From: Syntrophales bacterium
Lineage (GTDB): Bacteria > Desulfobacterota > Syntrophia > Syntrophales > UBA2210
Assembly (NCBI GenBank): GCA_963662405.2
Contig: CAXXKT010000001.1
Location: 2,112,001 to 2,176,000 of the forward strand
Direction of reading: 5' to 3'
DNA length: 64,000 bases
Made by a program: the position numbers and the translations under genes. Position 1 is the stretch's first letter. Every line of letters starts with the position of its first letter. Below the pieces are notes generated by a model, which was given only the letters and a program-made list of their open reading frames with translations, was not told the origin of the DNA and did not search any database. Shown one piece after another: positions 9,023-19,017 of the stretch.

Positions 9023-10284
9023 GGGTAGAGCCGCTCCATCTCATCCCAGAATTCCGGGAACGATTTGCCGACGCACGCCTCGTTTTCGATTGCCATCCCC
9101 TCCGCTGCGAGTCCTGCCACGGCGAAACTCATGGCGATCCGGTGATCGTTATACGTCTCAATCCGGGCGCCGTGCGGATTACCCCCTTCGATGACAAGGC
9201 CGTCTTCGCGCTCCCTGGCGTCGATCCCGATCCGATTCAATTCAGTGACGAGGGCGGCGATTCGGTCGCTCTCCTTGAGGCGCAGGTGCGAGGCGCCCGT
9301 GATCACGGTTCGTCCGGGTCTGAATGCCGACAGGACGGCGAGCGTCGGTACCAGGTCGGGCATTTTACCCATATCGAACTGGAAGTCGCCCGCATGGAGG
9401 GAATCCCCCCTGACCTCCACCCAGTCCTTCCCCTTTTTGACAACACAGCCGAGGCGTTTCACGATCTCCAGGAGACCGATATCTCCCTGCATCGTGTCGG
9501 GGTTGATATTGAGGATTCGAACCTTTCCCCGGCACAGGGCCGCCGCCAGGAAGAAATACGAGGCGCTCGATACATCCCCTTCGATTGCGTACTCGCGCCC
9601 GGCGTATCGCTGTCCCGCCCGCACGAGGTACGCCCCGCCCGTCCCCGTCGTAACCTCCACACCGAAGTCACGCATAGCCGCCGCGGTCATGTCGATGTAG
9701 GGGAGGGAAACGGTTTCTCCCCGCAGTTCAACGACCACGTCCTCCTGCGCATAGGGGGCGCCGATCAGGAGGGAAGAGATATACTGGCTGCTCCGGGTGT
9801 CGGTAAAGACCGCCCTTCCTCCCCGGAACTCACCGCCTTCGATCACGACGGGGGGACAGCCGTTGCCGTTCGTGCTGTGGCAGGAGACCCCCAGCCCCCG
9901 GAGGGCGTCGATGAGTGGTTCCAGCGGTCGCTCCCTGAGGCGGTCGCTGCCGTCCAGCGTGACCCCGCCCTCGGAGAGAGACACCAGCGTCGTGAGAAAC
10001 CGCAGGGCGGTGCCGTTGTTCCCCAGGAACAGTGTCTTCCCGGGATTTTGAACGGCTCCACCCGTGCCGATGACCCTGATATCGCTGTCGCAGGCGAGAA
10101 TGCCGGCGCCAAGGGATCGGAGGGCCTCCATCAGATAGGCGGTGTCCTCGGAGATCAGGGCATGGCGCAGGAGGGATCTTCCCTCTGCCAGCGAGGCGAT
10201 GATAAGGGCCCGCTGGGTATAACTCTTCGAGCCGGGAACGCTCACCGTCGCGTCCAGTTTGTTCACTGTCCTAATCCGTCTCAT
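9019..10284 (-). CDS. aroA: EPSP synthase
   Basis: PGSKS, LGNNGTALRF, SSQYIS, LRLKESDRI, DHRIAMSF, KSFPEFW. Confidence 0.97.
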   Translation of the reverse strand: MRRIRTVNKLDATVSVPGSKSYTQRALIIASLAEGRSLLRHALISEDTAYLMEALRSLGAGILACDSDIRVIGTGGAVQNPGKTLFLGNNGTALRFLTTLVSLSEGGVTLDGSDRLRERPLEPLIDALRGLGVSCHSTNGNGCPPVVIEGGEFRGGRAVFTDTRSSQYISSLLIGAPYAQEDVVVELRGETVSLPYIDMTAAAMRDFGVEVTTGTGGAYLVRAGQRYAGREYAIEGDVSSASYFFLAAALCRGKVRILNINPDTMQGDIGLLEIVKRLGCVVKKGKDWVEVRGDSLHAGDFQFDMGKMPDLVPTLAVLSAFRPGRTVITGASHLRLKESDRIAALVTELNRIGIDAREREDGLVIEGGNPHGARIETYNDHRIAMSFAVAGLAAEGMAIENEACVGKSFPEFWDEMERLYP

Positions 10285-11089
10285 TTCTCAGCTTCTCCCG
10301 GACCACCTGTTCCATGAGTTCCGTGGGAGGCTCCGCTCCCATCCACGTGCGTATCTGCTCGGTCCCCTGATGGACGAACATGGCGACCCCCGATATGGTC
10401 CGGCACCCCGCCTCGGTTGCTTCTCGCAGGAGACGCGTTTCCAAGGGATTGTAGATCATATCCATGACGCAGCTGAAATGCGGCAGGATCTCTCCGGCCA
10501 CGGGGGAAACGTCCGTATAGGGGAACATCCCCACCGGCGTCGTATTGATGAGACCGTCGGCAATGAACGTTCCCACCTGATCGATGGGATAAAAATCGCA
10601 CCCGAATTCTTGTGCGATCTCTTTCCCCCTCTCCGGTGTCCGGTTCATGACAACGGGGATACCCCTTTCGTGCTGGATGCCGTAGACGGCCGCCCGAGCG
10701 GCCCCTCCCGCTCCCAGGATGACGATCCGTTTCCCCGCGATGTCGATCTTTTCTTTCAGGGCATGGATCAGGCCGGTCCAGTCGGTGTTGTCTCCCCGGA
10801 GCCTGTCGTTCTCCCGCGTGACGGTGTTTATCGCCCCGATTCGCTCTGCGCTGGCGCTGATTGTATCGAGGTACGGCATGACGGCGGTCTTGTGGGGGAT
10901 CGTGATGCTTGCCCCCGTGATGTCCCGTTTTTTCATCTCCTCCGGTATCTCTCGGGCGTTTTCCACCCGGATTGCCCGATAGGAGGCGTCGAGACCCATT
11001 TCCCGGAACGCCGCGCCGTGCATCAGAGGTGAAAGACTATGCCCCACCGGATTGCCGAAGAGGGCGAATCTGAGTGAATTATGCACCAT
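10271..11089 (-). CDS. aroE: Shikimate dehydrogenase
   Basis: GNPVGHSLSP, TIPHK, GAINT, NTD, GAGGAARA, DMIYNP. Confidence 0.96.
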   Translation of the reverse strand: MVHNSLRFALFGNPVGHSLSPLMHGAAFREMGLDASYRAIRVENAREIPEEMKKRDITGASITIPHKTAVMPYLDTISASAERIGAINTVTRENDRLRGDNTDWTGLIHALKEKIDIAGKRIVILGAGGAARAAVYGIQHERGIPVVMNRTPERGKEIAQEFGCDFYPIDQVGTFIADGLINTTPVGMFPYTDVSPVAGEILPHFSCVMDMIYNPLETRLLREATEAGCRTISGVAMFVHQGTEQIRTWMGAEPPTELMEQVVREKLRNETD

Positions 11090-11765
11090 TTCCCAGTATC
11101 CTCAATATCTCCTGCATCTCGGGGGCGGTCAGTTGCCCCGGTGCGGACTCTTCCCCTTCTCCGAGGGCAGCAAAGGTCAGGTACGACCCGATAAGGGGCG
11201 CCATGACCCGGCTTATCGCTCCCCTTTCCCTCATGCAGAGGGCAATGATGTCATGGCCGTTTTCCCGCGCCCAGGCGATCAGTCGCAGGATTATCAGGTT
11301 GTCTTCCATCGAATCGGCACTGGTGACGATCTTGACGATGTCTGCACCCCGTGCGGCGCACCGGGTGCAGAGGTCCTGCAACGTCCGAAACGGAGGTGTC
11401 CCGGTGAAATCGTGTGAGGAAACGATCAGTTTCGTGCGGTTCCCCTCCCGGAGTATCTCTTCCACGAGCATTGCCGTAAGGGCCTCATCGGTGCCGAGTT
11501 CCACATCGACCAGGTCCGCCCCCATCCGGACGGCCTGGCGCAGGAGGGCAATCCGCTCCGTCTCGCTCCCTCTGAAGTGCCCCCCCTCCGCCTTGCTGCG
11601 CGCGGTGACGAGGAACCGTCCCTTCTTGACGGAGAGGAGCTTCTCCAAGTCGACTTCCTCGATGAAGTCAATCCTGAGTTCCACGAGATCGGCCTGCGGA
11701 AGGGCGACGGCCATCCGTTCCAGGGCACGTTCATTCGTTGTCGCAACGATCGGTATGCAGATCAT
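11079..11765 (-). CDS. aroD: Type I 3-dehydroquinate dehydratase
   Basis: ELRID, EGG, SSHDF, ADIVKI, SAPGQ. Confidence 0.95.
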   Translation of the reverse strand: MICIPIVATTNERALERMAVALPQADLVELRIDFIEEVDLEKLLSVKKGRFLVTARSKAEGGHFRGSETERIALLRQAVRMGADLVDVELGTDEALTAMLVEEILREGNRTKLIVSSHDFTGTPPFRTLQDLCTRCAARGADIVKIVTSADSMEDNLIILRLIAWARENGHDIIALCMRERGAISRVMAPLIGSYLTFAALGEGEESAPGQLTAPEMQEILRILGNGA

Positions 11766-12844
11766 GGCTGTGGATCTCCGATCGGGTATGAACCCAGTAT
11801 CTTGATAAAGGTGGCATGCCGTTCGAGATCCTCAAGACATTCCCGGATCTTTGTTTCCCGGACATGGCCTTTGAAGTCGACGAAGAAGAGATATTCCCAC
11901 ATCCGTCCCTTGATGGGGTATGACTCGATCTTCATCAGGTTGATCTCCTTTTCGGCAAAGGGTTGCAGCGAATTATGCAACGCGCCCGGCATATGCCGGG
12001 TTCCCATCAAAATGGATGTCTTGTCCTTCCCCGTCGGCTCGTTTGTTCCCCTCCCGATGATGAGAAACCGGGTGGCGTTCGAAGGGTTGTCTTCAATCCC
12101 TTCGGCGATGACGGTCAGCCCATACAACTCCGCGGCGCCGCTGCTGCCGATAGCGGCGGCCTCATCATCTTCCATCACCTTCCGGGCCGCATTGGCCGTA
12201 CTGTCCGTTTCGTGGAGGGAACAGCGGGGAAGATGCTTCCTGATCCATTCCTGACACTGGGCGAGGGCCTGGGGGTGGGAATAGATCCGTTTGAGCCCGT
12301 CCGCTTCGGATCGCTTTGCCAGGAGCGCATGGCTGACCCGAAGATATACCTCCCCCATGATATGGAGTGGGGTTTCAAGGAGTCTGTCCAGTGTCAGCTT
12401 GACGGTTCCTTCCAGCGAATTCTCGACGGGGACAACCCCGCAGTTAGCCTTTCCCCGTTCCACCTGATCGAAGACCTCACGAATCGTCGGTTGAGGAGAA
12501 AGCCCCGTGCTTTTCCCGAAATGTGATTCGGCCGCCGCATGGGTGAATGATCCCTCAGGCCCCAGATATGCCGCCGTCAGGGGAGCCTGAAGGGCGCGTG
12601 AAGCGGACAGTATCTCGGTGAAAATCCCCCGCAGTGCTCTTTCCGTCAGGGGGCCTCCATTGATCTCCCCCAGTCGGGCATAGATACGGCTCTCCTGTGA
12701 CGGGTCGTATACCGACCGTCCCTCTCTCTGTTTTGTCTCCCCGATCGCAAGCGATATGCGGGCCCGTTCGTTCAGGAGCCCGACGATCTCTTCATCTTTG
12801 ACCTTCAGGTGATCCCTCAGGCTGTCGAGCGATTCGGATGTCAT
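11762..12844 (-). CDS. pheA: Chorismate mutase/prephenate dehydratase
   Basis: CM domain + LGPEGSFT, PVENSLEG, SHPQALAQC, TRF, IESYP, LGSYP. Confidence 0.96.
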   Translation of the reverse strand: MTSESLDSLRDHLKVKDEEIVGLLNERARISLAIGETKQREGRSVYDPSQESRIYARLGEINGGPLTERALRGIFTEILSASRALQAPLTAAYLGPEGSFTHAAAESHFGKSTGLSPQPTIREVFDQVERGKANCGVVPVENSLEGTVKLTLDRLLETPLHIMGEVYLRVSHALLAKRSEADGLKRIYSHPQALAQCQEWIRKHLPRCSLHETDSTANAARKVMEDDEAAAIGSSGAAELYGLTVIAEGIEDNPSNATRFLIIGRGTNEPTGKDKTSILMGTRHMPGALHNSLQPFAEKEINLMKIESYPIKGRMWEYLFFVDFKGHVRETKIRECLEDLERHATFIKILGSYPIGDPQP

Positions 12845-13935
12845 TGTTTCAGTTCCTCGATGGTTTCGCGGATAAGCGTGTCATCTACCGAGCCGTTGAT
12901 AAAGGGCGTCCCGATCTTTTTTAATAGAACGAAGTGGACGGTCTCTCCCTCCTTTTTCTTGTCCGTCCCGATCTTCGCGAGGATCCCCTCGGTGTCGATC
13001 GACTCGGGGATGTGATCGGCAAGACCGACGGATCGGACAAGGCCCCGTATCCGCTCCGCCTCCCGGGCCGGGAGATATTTCATCCGCTGAGATATACGGG
13101 CCACGGCGATCATTCCCGTCGCGACGGCATTCCCGTGGGAGATTGTATATCCCGACACCGCCTCGACGGCGTGTCCGATGGTGTGGCCGAAGTTGAGGAT
13201 ACGGCGTACTCCGATATCCTTTTCGTCGATCTCGACGATCCCTTTTTTGATCTTGCATGACCGCTCGATGATCATCTGGAGCAGGTCGGGATCCCGGGTT
13301 TTGATGGCGTCATATTTTTCTTCCAGGAGGGTGAAGAGTTCGGCGTCATCGATGATCCCGTACTTGATGATCTCCGCCAGCCCATTGGTGAACTCTTCCT
13401 CCGGAAGGGTCTCCAGGAACCGGAGGTCTATGAAGATCGCCTGCGGCTGAAAGAAGCTCCCCAGGAGATTTTTACCCTCCGGGAGATCGACACCCGTCTT
13501 GCCGCCGATGCCGCTGTCCACCTGAGCCATGAGGGTGGTCGGCACCTGTATGAAGGGTATCCCCCGCATGTATATGGAGGCGATGAATCCGGTCATGTCG
13601 CCGGTGACGCCCCCCCCGAGTGCGATCAATCCCGAGCTCCTGTCGACACCCCGGGTGATCAGTTCCCTGATGATGGTGAAGGCCGTTTCCATATTCTTGG
13701 ACGCCTCCCCGGCCGGGAACTCGATCAGGTCGGCCTTGACCCCTACCTCTTTCAACAGGCCGAGGAATTCTTCCCCGTACAGCGCTGATACGGTGGAATC
13801 GGTGATGACGGTATACCGATCGGCTATCTTTCCCTTCGCGATGACGAGTCCGATGCGATCGAGGATCCCGTGACCGATACGGATCTCGTGAGATGAGAGC
13901 ATCTGCTTGTCGAGATTGACCTTGATCTTTTTCAT
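12841..13935 (-). CDS. aroB: 3-dehydroquinate synthase
   Basis: GGGVTGD, PTTLMAQVDSGIGGKTG, LNFGHTIGHA, HGNAV. Confidence 0.97.
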   Translation of the reverse strand: MKKIKVNLDKQMLSSHEIRIGHGILDRIGLVIAKGKIADRYTVITDSTVSALYGEEFLGLLKEVGVKADLIEFPAGEASKNMETAFTIIRELITRGVDRSSGLIALGGGVTGDMTGFIASIYMRGIPFIQVPTTLMAQVDSGIGGKTGVDLPEGKNLLGSFFQPQAIFIDLRFLETLPEEEFTNGLAEIIKYGIIDDAELFTLLEEKYDAIKTRDPDLLQMIIERSCKIKKGIVEIDEKDIGVRRILNFGHTIGHAVEAVSGYTISHGNAVATGMIAVARISQRMKYLPAREAERIRGLVRSVGLADHIPESIDTEGILAKIGTDKKKEGETVHFVLLKKIGTPFINGSVDDTLIRETIEELKQ

Positions 13936-14960
13936 GCCGACGCCGGTGCCCCTTTCCGTATGAGTTGTTCGAGTGCCCGTATATCTTCCATCAACTGGTA
14001 GAACTTTTCCGGTTTCAGTGACTGATTTCCATCGGAGACGGCCTTCCCCGGGTCGGGATGTACCTCGATCATGACGCCGTCCGCCCCCACCGCGAGGGCT
14101 CCTCTCGTCAGGGGGAGTATATATTTCCAGTTCCCCGCCGCATGGCTGGGGTCGACGATCACCGGGAGGTGCGAAAGCTCCTTCAGGACCGGGACGGCGC
14201 TGATGTCGAGGGTATTCCTCGTTGCCGTCTCAAAGGTCCGGATCCCCCGCTCGCACAGGATGACGTCGTCATTCCCCGATGAGAGGATGTATTCCGCCGA
14301 CATGAGGAACTCTTCGATGGTTGTCATCATCCCCCGCTTGAGGAGAACCGGTTTCTTCGCTTTTCCCACCTTCTTCAGGAGGGCGAAGTTCTGGACGTTT
14401 CGCGCCCCGATCTGGAGGATATCGACGTACTCTTCGACGAGATCCACATCGGTGGTATTGATCACCTCGGTGATGACGGGGATCCCCGTCTTATCCCCCG
14501 CCTTTCTCAGGAGCTTCAGACCCTCTTCCTCCATTCCCTGGAAACTGTATGGTGACGTCCGCGGCTTGAAGGCCCCGCCCCTGATGATGTTCGCGCCTCC
14601 CTTTTGGGCGATGAAGGCGCTCTCCATCATCTGCTCCGGGCTCTCGATCGAGCAGGGGCCCGCCATGACGACAAACTCCGGACCACCGATTTCCAGGGGA
14701 CCGACACGGATAACGGTTCTCCCCTCGCGCGACTCGCGGCTGGCCAGCTTGTAAGGTTTCAAGATGGGGATCGTTTTGTCAACTCCCGAGAGGGATTCGA
14801 CAAAACGCAGATTTTCCTTGCCCCGGTTGTCTCCCACGGCCCCGATAATGGTCCGTTCAATCCCGTGGGAGGGGTGGGTCGTGTAGCCGACCGATTCAAC
14901 CCAGTCGATCGTATTCTTGATCTGTTCCTCTGTTGCGTTTTTCTTCATCACGATAATCAC
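13932..14960 (-). CDS. aroF: DAHP synthase (type I-beta with N-terminal regulatory domain)
   Basis: AGPCSIE, GGAFKPRTSPYSFQG, QIGARN, LCERGIRTF, DPSHA. Confidence 0.96.
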   Translation of the reverse strand: MIIVMKKNATEEQIKNTIDWVESVGYTTHPSHGIERTIIGAVGDNRGKENLRFVESLSGVDKTIPILKPYKLASRESREGRTVIRVGPLEIGGPEFVVMAGPCSIESPEQMMESAFIAQKGGANIIRGGAFKPRTSPYSFQGMEEEGLKLLRKAGDKTGIPVITEVINTTDVDLVEEYVDILQIGARNVQNFALLKKVGKAKKPVLLKRGMMTTIEEFLMSAEYILSSGNDDVILCERGIRTFETATRNTLDISAVPVLKELSHLPVIVDPSHAAGNWKYILPLTRGALAVGADGVMIEVHPDPGKAVSDGNQSLKPEKFYQLMEDIRALEQLIRKGAPASA

Positions 14961-14978
14961 TCTTCGTATCCTCCTGTG

Positions 14979-15021
14979 AAAAATAAAAGGGCCATGGTGA
15001 AGCCGATTTCACCATGGCCCT
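14979..15021 (-). terminator. Second intrinsic terminator in the aro leader
   Basis: 14-bp perfect stem AGGGCCATGGTGAA/TTCACCATGGCCCT followed by TTTATTTTT on minus strand. Confidence 0.8.
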
Positions 15022-15023
15022 GG

Positions 15024-15068
15024 AAACAAAAAAGCCACGGTGCAGACCTTCGGTCTGCCCATGGCTTT
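15024..15068 (-). terminator. Attenuator terminator in the aro leader
   Basis: AAAGCCATGGGCAGACC-GAA-GGTCTGCACCGTGGCTTT + TTTGTTT on minus strand. Confidence 0.85.
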
Positions 15069-15089
15069 CGCTTTTGTATGTTCTGAAGG

Positions 15090-15176
15090 TTAGCTACTCA
15101 TAAGCGATGGGCACACCGATCCGCCGAAATAAAAATAGCTAAACCAATAAGTAAGATTCATTGTACCGCCCATCAT
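15090..15176 (-). CDS. Aromatic amino-acid leader peptide MMGGTMNLTYWFSYFYFGGSVCPSLMSS
   Basis: Manual translation; 7 of 8 consecutive codons aromatic (YWFSYFYF); upstream of terminators and aroF; alternative start ATG 15161. Confidence 0.88.
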   Translation of the reverse strand: MMGGTMNLTYWFSYFYFGGSVCPSLMSS

Positions 15177-15239
15177 GAAACAACCTTTCAAGATTCGTCA
15201 CAGCTATATTTCATACTTTCAAATGATTGTCAAGAGAAA

Positions 15240-15630
15240 AATCATGATTATCGGGAACACCGAAACCGTCCGGGTTTGGAGCACGTAATCTGTGTTTTGA
15301 TAGGCAGTGCCCTGGATGCGGCTGAAGCAGGGATTCACGCGATTTGTTGATATGCAGGATGTGAAGTGATGGTGTTAAGCGTACCACGTGATCATATACA
15401 TATCGGCGTGATGATCCCCTCAAAGGTGTCGATGTGGAGTTTGACAGGGCCGGTTAAGGGACAGATATCGATGAAATTTTCGATAATTGAGAAAACCCTC
15501 TTGGGCGTGCCATTTTTTGGTGAAGGGATATTGTGTTGATACGGTTGGTTGACATGCCGAGATGATTCGGCAAGATGCCCGGTATCAGGAGAAGAAAGAG
15601 AGGGAAGGGGAGCAACTGAGCTTAAATAAC
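15240..15630 (+). pseudogene. tnpA: Degenerate IS200/IS605 TnpA (Y1 HUH transposase) relic
   Basis: Fragments DHIHIGVMIPSKVS...VKGQIS and KGYCVDTVG*HAEMIRQDARYQEKKE with stops/frameshift; ends approximate. Confidence 0.82.
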
Positions 15631-15951
15631 TATAAGTCGCACGATGCGGTACGACTCGTTGGTCCCGTTTCCCGGGGACCGGGGCATATTGTCCCCAGTC
15701 TGATAAACACAATAGATTGTCGATGCTTTTTTGCCCAACCGGTTGGCCAGCTCTCTTTGTCCCGAACAATGACGGGCTCTTTCGGATCCCGTGGCATGTA
15801 CCATTGCTTTTTCCGTAAAGAGTACTGTACCTCTGAACGAGTTCATAATCGATAGTCAGGAGATAATATGTGCTTCTGACGGTTTATATAATTTTGTTGA
15901 CACCGACGAATGTGCTAAGGGGAAGGGATATATATGAGAAAGGAGAAAGGT

Positions 15952-17256
15952 ATGAGCCATAGCACTGAATACCGGAAAAAACTGACCACGGCACAGGATG
16001 CCGTTGCTCCTATCAAAAACGGCGACACCATCGTTCATGGACTGACTATTGCGGAGCCGCCCGCGCTCCTTGCGGCCGTTGCCGACCGGGCACGGGCCGG
16101 TGACCTCACGGGAATCAAGGTCTATTCGCTGCTTCCCCTCGCGCATGCCGCGAAGACGGTGCTGGCGCCGGATCTCAGCGATTGCATTGATGCCTATACC
16201 TGGTTTGTCAGTGCCCAGGACCGGGGAATGGTGCGAGTGGGACTTGACAATTTTGTTCCCAATTACTTTCATCAGGTCCCCCGGCTCTGCCGCGAGTTCA
16301 TGGAGATCGACTGGATGGTGACGACGGTTTCTCCCATGGACAAGGCGGGGTTTTTCAGCTTCGGGACGGCAAACGATTTTACCTCGACGGCGGCCCGACA
16401 CTGCAGACACCTTGTCGTGGAGGTCAATGAACTGATGCCCCGTGTCTTTGGTGATTCTCTCCTCCATATCTCCGAGGTCGATGCCATCGTCGAAAACACG
16501 CATCCCCTTCTGGAAATGGGCCTCGGTGAACCGAAGCCCGAGGCGGAGACGATCGGACGCATCATCACCGAGATGGTTCCGGACGGGGCAACACTTCAGC
16601 TCGGCTTCGGGGCGATTCCCAATGCCGTCGCGGCGTATCTTTCAGATCACAAGGATCTGGGTATTCACACGGAACTCTTTGTCCCGGGCATGGTGAACCT
16701 GATCGAGGCGGGAGTGGTAACGGGGCGGAAAAAGACCCTCCATCCGCTGAAGCATGTCTTTACCGTGGCTCAGGGGGACACCCGTATGTACGAGTTCATG
16801 GACGACAACCCCAGTATGGAGAGCTATCCGGTTTCCTATACCAACGATCCGGCCGTGATCGCACGAAACGACCGTATGATTTCCATTAATTCCATATTGG
16901 AAGTGGATCTGCTGGGACAGGCCAACGCGGAATTCCTGGAAGGGGCACAGTACAGCGGCACGGGAGGGCAGCTTGATTTCGTTCGGGGAGCGTTTAATTC
17001 CAGGAATGGAAAATCGATTCTCGCTTTCTATTCGACGGCGGAGAATGGGGCTATTTCACGCATTGTTCCGCGGTTCGCGTCCGGAACGGTGGTCACCACG
17101 CCGCGGATGGATGTCCATTACCTGGTGACCGAATACGGGGCCGTCAACCTGAAGGGAAAATCCATCCGGGAGCGTGCCCTTGCCATTATCGGTATCGCCC
17201 ACCCCGATTTCCGGGATGATCTCCTGCGCCAGGCGGAGGACCTCTATCTCGTCTAG
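15952..17256 (+). CDS. Acetyl-CoA hydrolase/transferase family (4-hydroxybutyrate CoA-transferase-like)
   Basis: SPMDKAGFFSFG, LQLGFGAIP, LGIHTE, SGTGGQLDF, VTEYG, IAHPDFR. Confidence 0.92.
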   Translation: MSHSTEYRKKLTTAQDAVAPIKNGDTIVHGLTIAEPPALLAAVADRARAGDLTGIKVYSLLPLAHAAKTVLAPDLSDCIDAYTWFVSAQDRGMVRVGLDNFVPNYFHQVPRLCREFMEIDWMVTTVSPMDKAGFFSFGTANDFTSTAARHCRHLVVEVNELMPRVFGDSLLHISEVDAIVENTHPLLEMGLGEPKPEAETIGRIITEMVPDGATLQLGFGAIPNAVAAYLSDHKDLGIHTELFVPGMVNLIEAGVVTGRKKTLHPLKHVFTVAQGDTRMYEFMDDNPSMESYPVSYTNDPAVIARNDRMISINSILEVDLLGQANAEFLEGAQYSGTGGQLDFVRGAFNSRNGKSILAFYSTAENGAISRIVPRFASGTVVTTPRMDVHYLVTEYGAVNLKGKSIRERALAIIGIAHPDFRDDLLRQAEDLYLV

Positions 17257-17529
17257 GCGTCCGCAGAGCTCGCAATTCTTGTGGTGCCTTTTGAAGAGGT
17301 GACAGTGATCCTCCCTGGAGACAGCGCAGGGAGGTGATTCTGTTTCAACCAATGGAGGAATCGCCGGGTCCGATATTTTTGTGTCCAATATTTTCTTGAC
17401 ATGCGAGGGAGGAGCCGCTTACACTGCCTCTGTTTGTTTTGTCGGGGGACGATCATCAACAGGGAAAAACCGATACATAATCAAAAGCGAGTCCGGCTTA
17501 GTCAATCGAACTGAAAGGGAGGCACAGTT

Positions 17530-19017
17530 ATGAGCCAACTGGAAACCGAGGTACTAATTATCGGAGGCGGGATAGGTGGTGCTGCCATAGCCAGGGAGCT
17601 GTCCAGGTACAATGTTGACGCGATCCTGGTTGAAAAGGGGGTGGATGTTGGCCAGGGGATTACCAAGTACAGTTCCACCATCATGTGTCAGGGGGCGAAT
17701 GTCCTCGAATTCAGATCGGAGTATCATAACAGCCGGCTGGTCTGGGCCGGTATGCCTATGATGGAGCCGCTCTGCCGGGAGCTCGGTGTTCCGTTTAAAC
17801 GGATCGGGTCGCTGGAAATGGTGGAAAACCAGGCGGGGATGCGTCATCCCGAGAAGATGATGCGACGGTTCAACAAATGGCACGGCACGCATCTGCCGGC
17901 CGACATAGCGCCACTCCAGTTTATCGACAGGGATACCCTTCGAAGCTGGGAGCCCAACGTGAATAAGAAGTACATCGGAGCCGTTTATGATCCGAATATA
18001 GCGATCAACGACCCTGTTCGACTGACCATTGCACTGGTTGATAATGCCAAAAAAAATGGGATCAACGTCCTCATGGAGACCGAGGTACTGGACATATCGG
18101 TGGGAACCGATGACTTTGAGGTGCAGACAAATAACGGCACCATCAAGTGCCGGTATCTCATCAATGCGGCGGGGGAATATGTAAACGACGTTGCGAAAAT
18201 GGCCAACGCCGATGACTTCGCCATGTACCCGGTCAAGAGCTACCAGGCCGTCCTGGATAAGAAGGTGGGCGGATTGGTCAATAGCATGGTCCTGACAACG
18301 GGAAACGGTATGGTCTCCCCGACGATCCACGGCAACCTGTTCTTCGGTATATCACCCGGGACACAGCGGCTGGGGAAGGCGCATGATCACTCCACCGACA
18401 AAAAGCTTGCCGATGCCGCGCTGAGGCACGCCCAGACACTGGTGCCGACCATATCAGAGAAGGACATCATCAATTCCTTTGTCGGGTTCATTGTCTTCCG
18501 CAACTTTGAGGTCGGCTGGCACGAGTGTACGGTCGGCGTATCCCGGTGGGTGCCCCGTTTTATCAATGCCAGCATCGGATTCCCCGGGATCTGTGCCTCA
18601 CCGGCGGTCGCCAAGGAGATGATAGAGATACTCGCCAGCGAGGGATTGACACTGAAAGAGAATTCCCAGTTCGATCCCTATCAGAAAGCGATGCCCGACT
18701 TCAGTGAACTTTCCGATGAGGAAAAGAGTCGGCTCATTGCCGAGGACCCCCGGTACGGGCATGTGGTCTGCCGCTGCGAGACGGTGACCGAAGGTGAGAT
18801 CGTCGAGGCCATCAGGCGGGGGGCCAGGACCTTGGATGGGGTAAAGTTCAGGTGCAGGCCGGGCATGGGACGTTGTCAGGGCGGGTTTTGCGGCCCTCGC
18901 GTGACCAAGATCCTGGCACGGGAACTGGGGATCCCTGAGGAAGAGGTAACAAAAAAGGGCGGAGAATCCCGGAATCTCAAGTACAAAAGCAAGGAACTAC
19001 TGGAGGCGCAAGCATGA
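17530..19017 (+). CDS. FAD-dependent oxidoreductase (GlpA/LhgO-like) with C-terminal BFD-like [2Fe-2S] domain
   Basis: IIGGGIGG, INAAG, VCRCETVTEGEI, GMGRCQGGFC. Confidence 0.88.
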   Translation: MSQLETEVLIIGGGIGGAAIARELSRYNVDAILVEKGVDVGQGITKYSSTIMCQGANVLEFRSEYHNSRLVWAGMPMMEPLCRELGVPFKRIGSLEMVENQAGMRHPEKMMRRFNKWHGTHLPADIAPLQFIDRDTLRSWEPNVNKKYIGAVYDPNIAINDPVRLTIALVDNAKKNGINVLMETEVLDISVGTDDFEVQTNNGTIKCRYLINAAGEYVNDVAKMANADDFAMYPVKSYQAVLDKKVGGLVNSMVLTTGNGMVSPTIHGNLFFGISPGTQRLGKAHDHSTDKKLADAALRHAQTLVPTISEKDIINSFVGFIVFRNFEVGWHECTVGVSRWVPRFINASIGFPGICASPAVAKEMIEILASEGLTLKENSQFDPYQKAMPDFSELSDEEKSRLIAEDPRYGHVVCRCETVTEGEIVEAIRRGARTLDGVKFRCRPGMGRCQGGFCGPRVTKILARELGIPEEEVTKKGGESRNLKYKSKELLEAQA

